DNA of 64,000 nucleotides from an uncultured Gemmatimonadaceae bacterium (GCA_963781585.1 CAWAGQ010000007.1:256001-320000), one strand, 5' to 3'. Counted from the stretch's first letter, positions 10,143-20,209 are shown. A program made the numbers and translations. The notes: a model not told the origin generated them from the letters alone.

Positions 10143-10649
10143 TCAGCGCGAAGCGGCGGGACGACGCACCAGCCCGAAGGTGCCGGACGGATCCTTCGCA
10201 GGCTTCCACGGTGCGCCGCGAAGGACAACGGTCCCGGCAATGCTGTCGCGCCCCACGAGTTTCGCGGAGTACACCCACTTCCCGCCGCCGCTGTTCGCCT
10301 GCTCCCAGACCAGCTTCGATTGGGCGAGCGCGGCGTCGCGAAATGGAGCCCGTCCGCCATCAGGGAAAAGCAGCGCACCCGAGTACGTCTGCCTGGCGGT
10401 ATCGGCCACGCTGAACATCAGGCCAATCGGCTCGGGCGCGTCCGACCCGGGGCCGTCGTTCATGACGCGGGAGCCGGACCAGACGCCGGCAAAGGGAAAG
10501 CGACGCAGCATCGGTGCGCCGGCCGGCATTGCACCGCCGCTGGCCGGCGGCGTCGTGCTGCGCGGTAGCTGGGCGCGTACGCGTGGCGCGAGCGTAACGC
10601 CCGCGGCGACGACCAGCATGGTGGCAACGGAAACGTGTCGGATGCCCAT
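10143..10649 (-). CDS. Secreted hypothetical protein (168 aa)
   Basis: Signal peptide ending VRA-Q, beta-rich body; RBS GGAGG; 23 bp upstream of the ADOP permease. Confidence 0.7.
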   Translation of the reverse strand: MGIRHVSVATMLVVAAGVTLAPRVRAQLPRSTTPPASGGAMPAGAPMLRRFPFAGVWSGSRVMNDGPGSDAPEPIGLMFSVADTARQTYSGALLFPDGGRAPFRDAALAQSKLVWEQANSGGGKWVYSAKLVGRDSIAGTVVLRGAPWKPAKDPSGTFGLVRRPAASR

Positions 10650-10730
10650 GATGCCCTCCGGGAATTTCGTGGGCCGGATTCTCGCGGCGTGTGATCGATA
10701 CGCTGGTCCAGCCCATTCGCCCAGAGGGGA

Positions 10731-10761
10731 GGGGACCAACACACGGAACGTGGGGACAGAC
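10731..10761 (-). promoter_or_regulatory. Candidate LytTR-binding direct repeat
   Basis: GTCTGTCCCC-11 nt-GTTGGTCCCC on the minus strand (21-bp period), between the LytS/LytTR operon and the divergent gene. Confidence 0.6.
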
Positions 10762-10809
10762 GCGCTGGACTTGGGGGGCGCCGCCGGGTATCCGTTCCTC
10801 CGCAACGCT

Positions 10810-11973
10810 ATGGCCGATACGCTCCGACCCCATGGTCTTGCCGACTCGATGGCATCTCTTCCCGTTCCGCCGCGTCTGTCGCGCGCCGCTCCGATCACGA
10901 TCGGAGTCGTCGCCATCGCCATCGTGACGTTCGGCGTACTGGTCGGCCCGGCGGCCGCGCCCCTCGTGTCGCGAGGCGCGCGGGCCTTCCCCCGTGTGCC
11001 CGGCCCGCCCGCCGACGCACGCGGTCTCCTCCGGGCGTTAGGCGTAGGCTCGGTCGCCTGGTACGCCTGCGCGGCCGCGCTGCCCGCGTGCTGGTGGCTG
11101 GCGCGGCGCCTGCCGCTCACCCTGCAGCGCGTCTGGCGCTCGCTCGTCCTGCAACTCGGTGCGGTGCTGGCGCTCATCGCCGTCACGTCATTGGTGCACT
11201 ACGCCGTGACGTATCACGGTGCGCCGTCGGCTCCGTCGTTCGGCTCGTTCGTACAGGTGGCGCTGGTGGCCAACGCCCTCCCGCTGCTCGCGGTCGCGGC
11301 GCTGGCGAACGTGTTCGAGGCCCGCCGGCGTGCGGTGCACGACGCGCTGGACGCCCAGCGGCTGCGGGCCGAGCTGGCAGAGTCCCGGCTGATCGCGGTC
11401 ACGTCGCAGCTGCAGCCGCATTTCCTGTTCAACACGCTCCAGAGCATCTCGACGCTCATTCATCGCGATCCGGTGGCGGCAGATGCGATGCTGGCCAGGC
11501 TGTCCGACCTGCTGCGCGATGTATTGCGGCGCTCCCACCGTGCGCTGGTACCATTCAGCGACGAGCTGCGGATGACGAAGACCTATCTCGAGCTGGCGCA
11601 GGTGCGGTTCGGGGATCGATTGCAGGTAACCATCGATGCGCCGGACGACGCACAACACGCGATGGTGCCGATCCTGCTGCTGCAGCCGCTGGTGGAGAAC
11701 GCGCTCAAGCACGGCGTGGGACGCCGGGCGGCAGGTGGATGCGTGGCGATTGTGGCGCGGAAGGCCGGGGACCGGTTGATCGTCACCGTGCGTGACGACG
11801 GCGCGGGCACCGACGAGATCGGGGGCGACGGCGAGGGCATCGGACTCGCCAATACCCGCGAACGGCTGCGACATGCCTTTGGTGACGACCAGTCGCTCGT
11901 GGTGCGCGAGCGCGCGGGCGGCGTGGAGGTCACGATCGACGTACCGATGCGCGTCGACACGCCCCCGGGCTGA
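10810..11973 (+). CDS. LytS/YehU-family sensor histidine kinase
   Basis: TM segments, QLQPHFLFNTL H-box, LQPLVENALKHG, DDGAG, GIGLAN; exact start uncertain (10810 or 10849). Confidence 0.92.
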   Translation: MADTLRPHGLADSMASLPVPPRLSRAAPITIGVVAIAIVTFGVLVGPAAAPLVSRGARAFPRVPGPPADARGLLRALGVGSVAWYACAAALPACWWLARRLPLTLQRVWRSLVLQLGAVLALIAVTSLVHYAVTYHGAPSAPSFGSFVQVALVANALPLLAVAALANVFEARRRAVHDALDAQRLRAELAESRLIAVTSQLQPHFLFNTLQSISTLIHRDPVAADAMLARLSDLLRDVLRRSHRALVPFSDELRMTKTYLELAQVRFGDRLQVTIDAPDDAQHAMVPILLLQPLVENALKHGVGRRAAGGCVAIVARKAGDRLIVTVRDDGAGTDEIGGDGEGIGLANTRERLRHAFGDDQSLVVRERAGGVEVTIDVPMRVDTPPG

Positions 11974-12743
11974 TGCGGCCGGTACGCGTGCTGGTGGTCG
12001 AGGATGAGGCGCTCGCGCGCGAACGGGTGGTCGCGCTGGTCGGGGCCACGCCGGAGCTGGAGCTGGTTGGCGAAGCGACCCACGGGCTCGAGGCGCTCGA
12101 CCGTATCACCACACTGCTCCCCGATCTCGTCCTTCTCGACATCGAGATGCCGGAACTGAGTGGATTCGAGATCGTCGCCGCGCTCGACGAGTCGTCGATG
12201 CCGGGAATCGTCTTCATTACCGCGTTCGAGGACTACGCGCTCAAGGCGTTCGAGGTGGACGCGATCGACTATCTGCAGAAGCCGGTGACCCCGGAGCGCT
12301 TCGCCGCCGCGGTACAGCGGGCAATCGGGCGGCTGGCGCAGGCACGTGTCTCGCGCGAGAGCATCGCGCGGGCGCTGACGACGCGGCGTCGCGAGGGTGG
12401 AGGATGCCGCACGCGTTTCGTCGTCCGCACCGGGTCCACTCATGCGTTCGTGCCTGTACGCGAGGTGGTCTGGATCGACGCCGCGGACAATTATCTGCAA
12501 CTCCACGCCGGGGGTCGTGCGCGCCTGGTGCGCGGAACCATCAAGGACGCCGAGGCGGAGCTCGATCCCGCCGCGTTTCTCCGCATCCATCGCTCGGCGA
12601 TCGTGAGCATCGGGCACGTTGTCGCGATCGAGGCGCAGGCTGCCGGCGGCTACGTGCTGCGCATGACGGACGGAACCCGGCTGCGCACGAGCCGGCAGTA
12701 TGCCGCCGGGGTGCGGGCGCTGGTGGAGCCCCGACGGCGCTGA
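11973..12743 (+). CDS. LytTR-family response regulator
   Basis: Receiver domain (VEDE, LDIEMP, LQKP) plus LytTR domain (FLRIHRSAIV); TGATG overlap with the kinase. Confidence 0.95.
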   Translation: MRPVRVLVVEDEALARERVVALVGATPELELVGEATHGLEALDRITTLLPDLVLLDIEMPELSGFEIVAALDESSMPGIVFITAFEDYALKAFEVDAIDYLQKPVTPERFAAAVQRAIGRLAQARVSRESIARALTTRRREGGGCRTRFVVRTGSTHAFVPVREVVWIDAADNYLQLHAGGRARLVRGTIKDAEAELDPAAFLRIHRSAIVSIGHVVAIEAQAAGGYVLRMTDGTRLRTSRQYAAGVRALVEPRRR

Positions 12744-12943
12744 GGGGCGCGTGCGGCGGTGAACTCCGGACCCGATCGGTGGTCGCCTGCGGCAGCGTGA
12801 CTGGCGATCTCAGGGGTACACCATCCACGACGGCCGATGGCACGTCGTCCCGCCGATTGCGGCGAAGATGCCTGACTTGTATGCTGCGTACGCACATCAC
12901 TGCAGTGGACGATTGATCATCCTCGCGCGACTCGCCCCCGCGC

Positions 12944-13573
12944 GTGTCGCGACCCCGCACGCCCAACGACGTGAATCGCCGCCGCGCCGTATCCTTGATC
13001 GCCGGACTGGTCGCCCTGGCGGCGGCGGCAACCGGCTTTCCGATCGCCCGACGCACGCGTTCGCGTCTGTTGCACCTCAGGCATCGCAAGGGCCCGCCGG
13101 ACCCGTCCCCGCTCGATCGCGCGATCGCCGACAACACCGCGCTCCTGGCCGGCGCCCTGTTCGGCCACTCCCTGCGCGACCAGGAACTCAGCGACGTGCG
13201 CAATAACGTGGAGTTCATCGCGCAGGTTGACGGCGGCTGGCGTTCCGATTTTGCCATGATCGCCGCCTACGTCGACGACCTCGCCCACTCGTACGGCGCG
13301 GTGTCATTCGGCGGTGCCTCGGACGACGTCCGGGAACGCATCGTCGACGACATCATGCGCCCCCCGATCGATTCGCAGCGCTCGGAACTCTCCGCTCTCA
13401 TCTCCGCGCGGGAGCGCACTCGGCGGTTCCTCCGCTCCGACGCCATCCCGCTTCTCGCACACGCCTATACCTCATCGGGCGCAGCATGGCGCCGGCGCGG
13501 TTACACGCGCTGGCCCGGCATCCCCGGCGATCCGCGCGAGTACACGCGACCTGGACCAGCCTATAGATGCTGA
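12944..13573 (+). CDS. Putative Tat-exported small subunit of a flavoprotein dehydrogenase (gluconate 2-dehydrogenase subunit 3-like)
   Basis: N-terminal NRRR plus hydrophobic stretch; C-terminal Y..GAAW..GY..WPG; overlaps the GMC gene. Confidence 0.6.
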   Translation: MSRPRTPNDVNRRRAVSLIAGLVALAAAATGFPIARRTRSRLLHLRHRKGPPDPSPLDRAIADNTALLAGALFGHSLRDQELSDVRNNVEFIAQVDGGWRSDFAMIAAYVDDLAHSYGAVSFGGASDDVRERIVDDIMRPPIDSQRSELSALISARERTRRFLRSDAIPLLAHAYTSSGAAWRRRGYTRWPGIPGDPREYTRPGPAYRC

Positions 13574-15159
13574 TCGGCCATGAAGCGGACCTCTGTGTTA
13601 TCGGATCGGGGGTCGCGGGCGCGCTGATCGCCCACCAATGCGCCTCTCGCGGGATGAAGGTGCTGGTCCTCGAAGCAGGCCCGCGGCTGGCGCGCTCTGA
13701 ACGCCTGGCTCAGGAGCGACGGTTTCTCGTGATGGGGGAAGATCCCTGGCCCACCGACCCGGCGCGCGACGCATACGTGAATTCGTCCGACTTCCCGTAT
13801 CCACTCAATGCAATGCGGCTTCGCGCGGTGGGCGGATCGACGCTGCACTGGACGGCGGCTTCGTTCCGCCTTCGCGAATCGGATTTTCGCGCGAGATCGC
13901 GTTTTGGTCTCGGCACGGACTGGCCCATCGCCTACGACGATCTCGAGCCCTACTACACTCGGGCGGAGCTTGAACTCGGTGTCGCTGGGGAAGCATCGGC
14001 GAATGGTCCACGTCGCAGCGCTCCGTTCCCGATGCCGGCGTTTCCCGATTCCCACGGCGATGCCTTGTGGCGCCGGATGGCGGCGACGCTCCGTGTGGAA
14101 CTCGAACCCACGCCGTACGCACGAAACAACCTGCAGGAATACGACGGGCGCCCGGCATGCCAGACGTTTGCGACCTGTCAGATCTGTCCCATCGGTGCGC
14201 AGTACAGCGCCGACTGGCATGTGCTGAAGGCCGAAGCGACAGGACGGTGCCAGGTGCTCGCCGATACCGCCGCTCGGCGCATCGACCTGGATGCCGATGG
14301 GGGCGTCCGGCTGGTGCACGCCACCGGTCGGGACGGAAGCTCGCACGAGGTTTCGGCGAAGGCCGTGGTCGTGGCGGCGCACGCGGTCGAGACCGCGCGA
14401 CTCCTCCTGCTGTCAGGTGTCGGCAACCAGTCGCACGTGGGTCGCAATTTCATGGAGCATTGGGAACTCGTGGGCTTCGGCAGGTGCGATCAGCCCAGCT
14501 GGCCGCGCCGGATCGGGTTTCCAATCCTGACGTCGTTCCACCAGTACGAAGGCGCCGATCGCGATCGTCGCGGCGCGATCAAGATCGAGTTGCGTGACTC
14601 GACTCGTCCCCTCCAGGCGTTCGGCAAGTTGCCCGGCATGTGGGGTCGTGAGATGGCCCGCCGCGATTGCGAGCGCTTTGGCCGGCACCGGATCATCGAG
14701 GTCATGACGGAGCATCAACCGAATCCCGAAAGCCGGGTGACGCTCGATGCACAGGTGCGTGACGTCTTTGGCGACCCGGCGCCCAACCTGCGCTTCGTGC
14801 TGACCGACGTCGACCGGAACACCCACTCTGTAGCCCGCAGTGCTCTGCGAGTCATGCTCCAGGCCGCGGAGCTCTCCGACATCGTTGTTCCCCAGGATTT
14901 TTCGGGCGCGGCGCACCACATGGGGACGTGTCGGATGAGTGACCGGGAAGAGGACGGGGTCGTCGATCGCGACTGCCGCACGCACGGGACGAAGAACCTG
15001 TATGTAGCCGGAAGCGCGGTCTTTCCGACCGGAGGCGGAGTGAATCCGACGCTGACGATCGCCGCTCTGTCGCTGCGGCTCGCCGACCACCTGGGTGAGT
15101 CTACAGGTCACGACCCCGATCGCTCGTCCGCCGCCGATCGGCGGGTTCCGCGACAGTAG
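13567..15159 (+). CDS. GMC-family FAD oxidoreductase
   Basis: GSGVAG FAD motif, VGGSTLHW, Cys cluster CQTFATCQICP, HHMGTCRM, NPTLTIAALSLRLA. Confidence 0.92.
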   Translation: MLIGHEADLCVIGSGVAGALIAHQCASRGMKVLVLEAGPRLARSERLAQERRFLVMGEDPWPTDPARDAYVNSSDFPYPLNAMRLRAVGGSTLHWTAASFRLRESDFRARSRFGLGTDWPIAYDDLEPYYTRAELELGVAGEASANGPRRSAPFPMPAFPDSHGDALWRRMAATLRVELEPTPYARNNLQEYDGRPACQTFATCQICPIGAQYSADWHVLKAEATGRCQVLADTAARRIDLDADGGVRLVHATGRDGSSHEVSAKAVVVAAHAVETARLLLLSGVGNQSHVGRNFMEHWELVGFGRCDQPSWPRRIGFPILTSFHQYEGADRDRRGAIKIELRDSTRPLQAFGKLPGMWGREMARRDCERFGRHRIIEVMTEHQPNPESRVTLDAQVRDVFGDPAPNLRFVLTDVDRNTHSVARSALRVMLQAAELSDIVVPQDFSGAAHHMGTCRMSDREEDGVVDRDCRTHGTKNLYVAGSAVFPTGGGVNPTLTIAALSLRLADHLGESTGHDPDRSSAADRRVPRQ

Positions 15160-15227
15160 ACTGGGTCCCCGTCGCAGGAGCCCGTGCGGCGTGCGAGGCC
15201 GCGTCACGGCGGCCCGGCAGCTCTTCC

Positions 15228-17033
15228 CTACCGGTTGCGCTCCAGCAGTGCGTGCAGCGCCTGCAGGATCGAGTCCTGACTGGCGTCGCCCGCCAGATTG
15301 GTCCGCTCGAGCGAGTCCGTAGAGATCCGGTAGAGCTCCGGCTCCCCGTGCTGGTGCTCGATATAGTGCCAACCGCCGAACACGATCGCGCGCATGTCGC
15401 CCTGGTAGACGGGATCGCGCGGGTCGTACTCGCTCGTCTGCTGGACTTCGGTGATGACCGGGGACCGCGAGGAGCGGGCCGCGGAATCGCCTGGTTGTTG
15501 CCACAATGGGGCGAGCGAAGTGCCGGGAAGCCCCGCCGCTCGCGCGTGCGCCACGTCGAGAATCGTGGCGGCGAGGTCGCGGAGCGATACCGGATCACGC
15601 ACGGTGACGCCGCGCACCGCTCGCCCCGGAAGCAGCACCAGGAGCGGCACGTGGGTCTGCGGGAGATACAGAGTGCTGCCGTGCCCGAGCGGCCCATGTT
15701 CACCGAACGCCTCGCCGTGGTCGGCAGTGACGATCACCAGGGTGTTGTCCAGCACCCCACGACGTCCGAGTTCTCCGAGCAGTCGATCGATCTCGCTGTC
15801 CGCATAGCGAATGGCACCATTGTAGGCGAGGTGCAGATCGCCGACCGTGTCAGGATCCGACAGGTATTCGGACGTGACCCGTCGCAGCCTCGGCTCACGT
15901 CCCAGGAACAGCGTGTCAAACGGTGCCGGGGGCTGATACGGATCGTGCGCGTCGAAGTAGTTCAGGAAGGCGAAGAACGGACGGCGTCCCAGCGTCGCCT
16001 GCCATGCCAGGAATTCGTCGGTGACCAGCCCCCCGTTCCGGTGCTGCGTATCGCGCAGGTGGCCGGTCCTCCTGTTCCAGCGGGTCTGCAGCCAGCGTCC
16101 GAGGGTCGTGGCGGTCACCGCCTGTGCGACATCGATCGGATAATCGCGGTAGCGCATGAACCCGCGGTTGAGGCCGTACAGATGGCTCGTGTAGATCAGG
16201 TTTCCCACGAAGCCGCCGGTCGCGTAGCCGCTGGCGCTCATTCGCTCCGCCAGCGTGCGGTGCTGATCATCGAGCGGCGAATACCAGCCGGTTGAAAGGT
16301 CGTGAGGATAACGGCCCGTGAAGATCGAGGCATGGCTGGGAAGCGTCCACGGCGCGGTCGAGACGGCATGCTCGAAGAGAATTCCCTCCGCGGCCAGGCG
16401 TTCGAGCGTCGGCGTCGTCCGCAGGTGGTATCCGTACAGGCTGAGGTCCCACGCGCGCACCGTGTCCAGCACCAGCAGCAGCACACTCGGCGCGTTGGAT
16501 GAGATATCCGGGAGCTGCGCGATGTGCTGCCGCTCGAGCAGCCTGTCGCGCACGTTCCAGGCCAGACCGCCCACAATCGATACTGCGGACAGCGTGATCG
16601 CGGTGCCGCGCACCAGCCGCGGGAGCGAGCGGCCGAGTCGCATCGCAAGCCAGGAGAGCTGGACGCCGAGCCCCAGGGCAAGCACCAGAAGCGCGAGCTC
16701 TGCCACGCGACGGGTAATCAGGGCAACTTCCAGAGCATCCAACGCCACGACGGCCGCAATCGCCCAACGCGTGCGCGCTGGCTCGCGTCGCACGCAGACG
16801 GACACCACACCGACCGCCACGAGAAAGATCGGGAGGTTGGCGAGCGGTGCCATCCAGATGGCCTGGGGATCGAGATAGAACGTGCGATCGATCGCCGCGG
16901 AGACGCGACGCAGCGTGATCCGCGCCAGCAACTCGCCGAGTCCGCCAGCCGTGGCTCCCAGCAACGCGAGCCACCACAGAGTCAGTCTCTCCCTCGCGAC
17001 CGGAGATCGCGGCGACTTGTCAGTGTGTGTCAT
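15228..17033 (-). CDS. Membrane-anchored sulfatase/alkaline-phosphatase-superfamily enzyme
   Basis: N-terminal TM helices, LDTVRA, WTLPSHASIFTG, YFDAHDPY, ADHGE motifs. Confidence 0.88.
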   Translation of the reverse strand: MTHTDKSPRSPVARERLTLWWLALLGATAGGLGELLARITLRRVSAAIDRTFYLDPQAIWMAPLANLPIFLVAVGVVSVCVRREPARTRWAIAAVVALDALEVALITRRVAELALLVLALGLGVQLSWLAMRLGRSLPRLVRGTAITLSAVSIVGGLAWNVRDRLLERQHIAQLPDISSNAPSVLLLVLDTVRAWDLSLYGYHLRTTPTLERLAAEGILFEHAVSTAPWTLPSHASIFTGRYPHDLSTGWYSPLDDQHRTLAERMSASGYATGGFVGNLIYTSHLYGLNRGFMRYRDYPIDVAQAVTATTLGRWLQTRWNRRTGHLRDTQHRNGGLVTDEFLAWQATLGRRPFFAFLNYFDAHDPYQPPAPFDTLFLGREPRLRRVTSEYLSDPDTVGDLHLAYNGAIRYADSEIDRLLGELGRRGVLDNTLVIVTADHGEAFGEHGPLGHGSTLYLPQTHVPLLVLLPGRAVRGVTVRDPVSLRDLAATILDVAHARAAGLPGTSLAPLWQQPGDSAARSSRSPVITEVQQTSEYDPRDPVYQGDMRAIVFGGWHYIEHQHGEPELYRISTDSLERTNLAGDASQDSILQALHALLERNR

Positions 17034-17322
17034 GATGGGAACGACCCCGGACGAACCACGTCGCCGCGCTCTGTGGTGCATGGGTCAACCGACACCGGGT
17101 GTCAGAAGGACGAGTTTGGCGCGGCAGAAGTACTCCATGGCGGAGTCTGGCAGGCAAAAGGTCCGTAAACGCGCGTGCCGGGGCAAGCGAAACGGCTGGC
17201 CTGTGAGGCCTGAGGCGCCCCTTGCGGCCGTGGAATCCGCGGTGTGATCGCCGTCACCACCTGTGCCACCGACGCGCAGGGACCGGTGTACGTCATGGCG
17301 TCCGAGGCCGCGCGGTGTCTGC

Positions 17323-17351
17323 TTGAAGGGGCATCCTCCGCCCGGTAGCAT
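17323..17351 (+). promoter_or_regulatory. Sigma70-like promoter
   Basis: TTGAAG-17 nt-TAGCAT, 33 bp upstream of ATG 17385. Confidence 0.45.
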
Positions 17352-17384
17352 TCTAAAGAGGGGGCAATGGGGGAGCAGCGTTCG

Positions 17385-19040
17385 ATGAAGACATTTCGAA
17401 CAGGAGTGAACGGCGGGGTTGCGGCGCTTGCCTGCCTCGCGATGGCGCTGGCCGGATGCCAGGACGCCACCGGAGACGCCGCGAAGGGAGTGGCGCGCGT
17501 GGAAGTGGCTCCTGCCGCCGTCTCGCTCGATGTCGGTGAGACCAGACAGCTGGAGGCCACCGCCTACGACGCCTCTGGCCAGCGGCTGGACGGGCGGCAG
17601 TTCACGTGGAGCACCACCGACGCATCGGTCGTGACGACCACGCCGGGCGGCCTTGTCAGCGCGGTGTCCCCAGGGACGGTGACCGTCACCGCGTCGACGG
17701 GGGGACGTAACGGGCAGGGGAGCGTGGTAGTGATGCCGACGGCGCCGGTGGGTCCGGTCATCGATGTGTGGCCGGCCGTCACGTATCAGACCATGACCGG
17801 CTGGGAGGCGAATGCCTATATCGGGCAGGGGGTCTGCAGCGCCCTGCCGTACTATCGTGACGAGGTGATCGATCGCGCGGTGAACGAGCTGGGGTTGAAC
17901 CGCGTGCGGCTGGAAGTCCCCAGCGGCGTGGAGAACCCGGACGACTGGTGGGCGCCGGTTGTCGACGGAACGAACACCCTCGATCTCGACCAGATACCGC
18001 GCTTCCAGATCGTCAACGACAACAATGATCCGTTCACCATCAATCCCGCCGGGTTTCATTTCACGTTCGTGGACTTCAAGGTCGACAACGTGGTGAACCC
18101 GATGCGCCAGAAGCTGGCGGCTCGCGGCGAACATCTGTTCGTGAATCTCACCTATGCCGGTGGCAAGACCGCATTCGTGCACTCCTCGAATCCGGAGGAG
18201 TATGCCGAGCTGCTGGTGTACACCTTTCAGCATCTGCAGACGAAATACGGGTGGGTGCCGGATGCCGTCGAAATGGTCCTGGAGCCCGACAACTCGACCA
18301 ACTGGACTCCGGACGCCATCGGCCGTGCGATGGTCGCAACCGGCGACCGACTCGCGGCGGCCGGCTTTCATCCGGCATTCATCGCTCCCTCCAACGTGGA
18401 CGCATCCGCGGCTTTGACCTATTTCGACGGCATCCGCCTGGTCCCCCGCGCGTCCGAGTACCTGACGGATCTGTCGTATCACCGGTACCGCGGGGTCTCT
18501 GCGGGCACGATTCAGGCGATTGCCGATCGGGCCGTCTCGGCCGGCGTGCGCTCCGAGATGCTCGAACACATCGGCAGTGGCTACCAGGATCTCCATCAGG
18601 ATCTCGAGCTCGGCAGAAACTCCGCGTGGGAGCAGTACTCGATCGCGGGGTGCGCCACCACCGATCTCGGGGGACTGTACTACGTGATCGACAAAACGGA
18701 CGTGACGCACCCGGTGGTGCACATCGGCTCGCGGAGCAAGTACCTGCGCCAGTACTTCCTGTTCATCCGGTATGGGGCGATCCGCCTGGGCGCGGTCAGC
18801 GGCGACGCCAGGTTCGATCCGCTCGCCTTCAGGAACACCGATGGCGGGTTCGTCGTGGTGGTGAAGGCGAGTGCCGGCGGGTCGTTCCAGGTGCACCAGC
18901 TCCCGGCCGGCAGGTACGGATTGAAATACACCACCGACGCCCAGTACGGGGTCGATCTGCCGGATGTCACGATCGCCGCCGGCGCACCGCTCGCGGCCTC
19001 GATTCCGACGGCCGGGGTCATCACGATCTATCATCGCTGA
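17385..19040 (+). CDS. Lipoprotein with Ig-like (Big_2) domain and GH30-like clan GH-A glycoside hydrolase domain
   Basis: Lipobox LAGC; Big_2 (FTWSTTDASV...PGTVTVTAS); YQTMTGW, LEPD (acid/base position), SYHRY, MLEH (nucleophile position), C-terminal AFRNTDG sandwich. Confidence 0.7.
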   Translation: MKTFRTGVNGGVAALACLAMALAGCQDATGDAAKGVARVEVAPAAVSLDVGETRQLEATAYDASGQRLDGRQFTWSTTDASVVTTTPGGLVSAVSPGTVTVTASTGGRNGQGSVVVMPTAPVGPVIDVWPAVTYQTMTGWEANAYIGQGVCSALPYYRDEVIDRAVNELGLNRVRLEVPSGVENPDDWWAPVVDGTNTLDLDQIPRFQIVNDNNDPFTINPAGFHFTFVDFKVDNVVNPMRQKLAARGEHLFVNLTYAGGKTAFVHSSNPEEYAELLVYTFQHLQTKYGWVPDAVEMVLEPDNSTNWTPDAIGRAMVATGDRLAAAGFHPAFIAPSNVDASAALTYFDGIRLVPRASEYLTDLSYHRYRGVSAGTIQAIADRAVSAGVRSEMLEHIGSGYQDLHQDLELGRNSAWEQYSIAGCATTDLGGLYYVIDKTDVTHPVVHIGSRSKYLRQYFLFIRYGAIRLGAVSGDARFDPLAFRNTDGGFVVVVKASAGGSFQVHQLPAGRYGLKYTTDAQYGVDLPDVTIAAGAPLAASIPTAGVITIYHR

Positions 19041-19075
19041 TCCCTCGTCAGGCGCGGTGCGGGACAGGTGAGGCA

Positions 19076-19110
19076 GAAAAGAACAGGGCTCCGGTTTCCC
19101 GGAGCCCTGT
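19076..19110 (-). terminator. Intrinsic terminator (possibly bidirectional)
   Basis: ACAGGGCTCCGG-TTTC-CCGGAGCCCTGT followed on the minus strand by TCTTTT. Confidence 0.85.
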
Positions 19111-19137
19111 CGTCGTGCACCAGCGTGGTCGTTCAGA

Positions 19138-20049
19138 TCACTCCCCCCCGCAGTGCGGGAAACCCGTCAGCGTCCCTTCGTTAAAGTTGTCCAGCGACGT
19201 GATCAGGCCGCTCACGCCACCATTGCTCAGGTTGGTCGTGATCGCGGTGCCGCCGGCGATGAAGATGTGCGCGTTGGCGCTGTTGATGGCGGTTTGCACG
19301 GACGCTGGCCCCGATGTGCCGCCGTTCAGGATCGCGCTGATCAGCTGCTGCACGAGATTGAGCAGGTTGTTGCTGGAGAACGTGATGTTCCCCGGCTTGC
19401 CGGGCGTGGCGTTCAGGATCGCCTGCGCCTGCGCGCCAGTCAGGTTCGCGTTGCCGACGTGGATCGTGGTCGGGATGAGCGACGCCGTGTATGCCTGATG
19501 ATTCCGATAGTAGCCCTTCGTGAACGTGCAGCCGGTTGACGGGGGCGTGTACGTGTTTGTGAATGTCACCGTCGATCCGCCGTCGTTCCCGAACTTGCCG
19601 TCCGCCGGGTTCGCGTTGATGGTGCCCTGATTGCCGAGATACGTAACGCTCGTCAACGCCCAACCCGGCTGGGTGGTCTCGGTGATCGTGCCGGTGTATT
19701 TGTCGGTGCCGCTGGTGGGCGTTGTTGCGGCGAGCCGGCACGTGCCGACGTCGATGTTCAGGGAGGTCAGCGCTCCAGCAGGCACAGCAGGCCCGCCTCC
19801 TGGCCCGCGGTGCACGTAGGAAACGTCGAAGTGGAACGTCCCTGCGGCGTTCCCGCTCTTGCATATCCACAGCTCGCCTTCGACCGCCGCCTTGTTGGCG
19901 ATGTCGATCACGTCGCCGACTACAGAGGCCATTGGCTGGATGCTGCCGCGCAGGTTCACGGCGGGAGCGCTGGGTGAATCGGCGCAGGCAGCGAATGCTG
20001 CGAGAGCGCCGAGCGCCAGAGACGCGCGCATAACGCGATTACACAACAT
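19138..20049 (-). CDS. Uncharacterised Thr/Gly/Asn-rich lipoprotein, paralog A
   Basis: Lipobox FAAC, beta-sandwich-like middle (CK...C...TITET...TFTNT), C-terminal CTFTKGYYRNH...HC domain; RBS GGAGG. Confidence 0.85.
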   Translation of the reverse strand: MLCNRVMRASLALGALAAFAACADSPSAPAVNLRGSIQPMASVVGDVIDIANKAAVEGELWICKSGNAAGTFHFDVSYVHRGPGGGPAVPAGALTSLNIDVGTCRLAATTPTSGTDKYTGTITETTQPGWALTSVTYLGNQGTINANPADGKFGNDGGSTVTFTNTYTPPSTGCTFTKGYYRNHQAYTASLIPTTIHVGNANLTGAQAQAILNATPGKPGNITFSSNNLLNLVQQLISAILNGGTSGPASVQTAINSANAHIFIAGGTAITTNLSNGGVSGLITSLDNFNEGTLTGFPHCGGE

Positions 20050-20102
20050 GGTCCTTCCTCCGGAATGGGTAGCACTCGTACGCGACCTGGCTGGTCGATG
20101 CC

Positions 20103-20184
20103 CTTCTTCGGCAGCGGGACGATCTCGCCCGGAGACTCCGCGCTTTGCGCGCCGGCCTGGTGGCCGGGTAGCCATTTCGGAAGG
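20103..20184 (-). ncRNA. c-di-GMP-I (GEMM)-like riboswitch, copy A
   Basis: Minus strand CGAAAUGGCUAC-CCGGCC-ACCA-GGCCGG-CGCGCAAAGC-GCGGAGUCUC...GAGAU...CCGCUGCCGAAG retains GGC..GCAAAGC and UGCCGAA hallmarks; lies in the 5' UTR. Confidence 0.75.
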
Positions 20185-20209
20185 TGCTGAATGAGCTGGC
20201 ACTCGTAAG

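Noticed and set aside
9457..10809. 838-aa extended histidine kinase as given in the ORF track
   Set aside because: The extension is antisense to two better-supported minus-strand genes; kinase-like sequence starts near 10810.
17085..19034. Long antisense ORFs (also 34859-37162, 30726-32411, 60504-61973, 7910-9478)
   Set aside because: Shadow frames expected in high-GC DNA; no motifs, and they overlap genes with clear family signatures.
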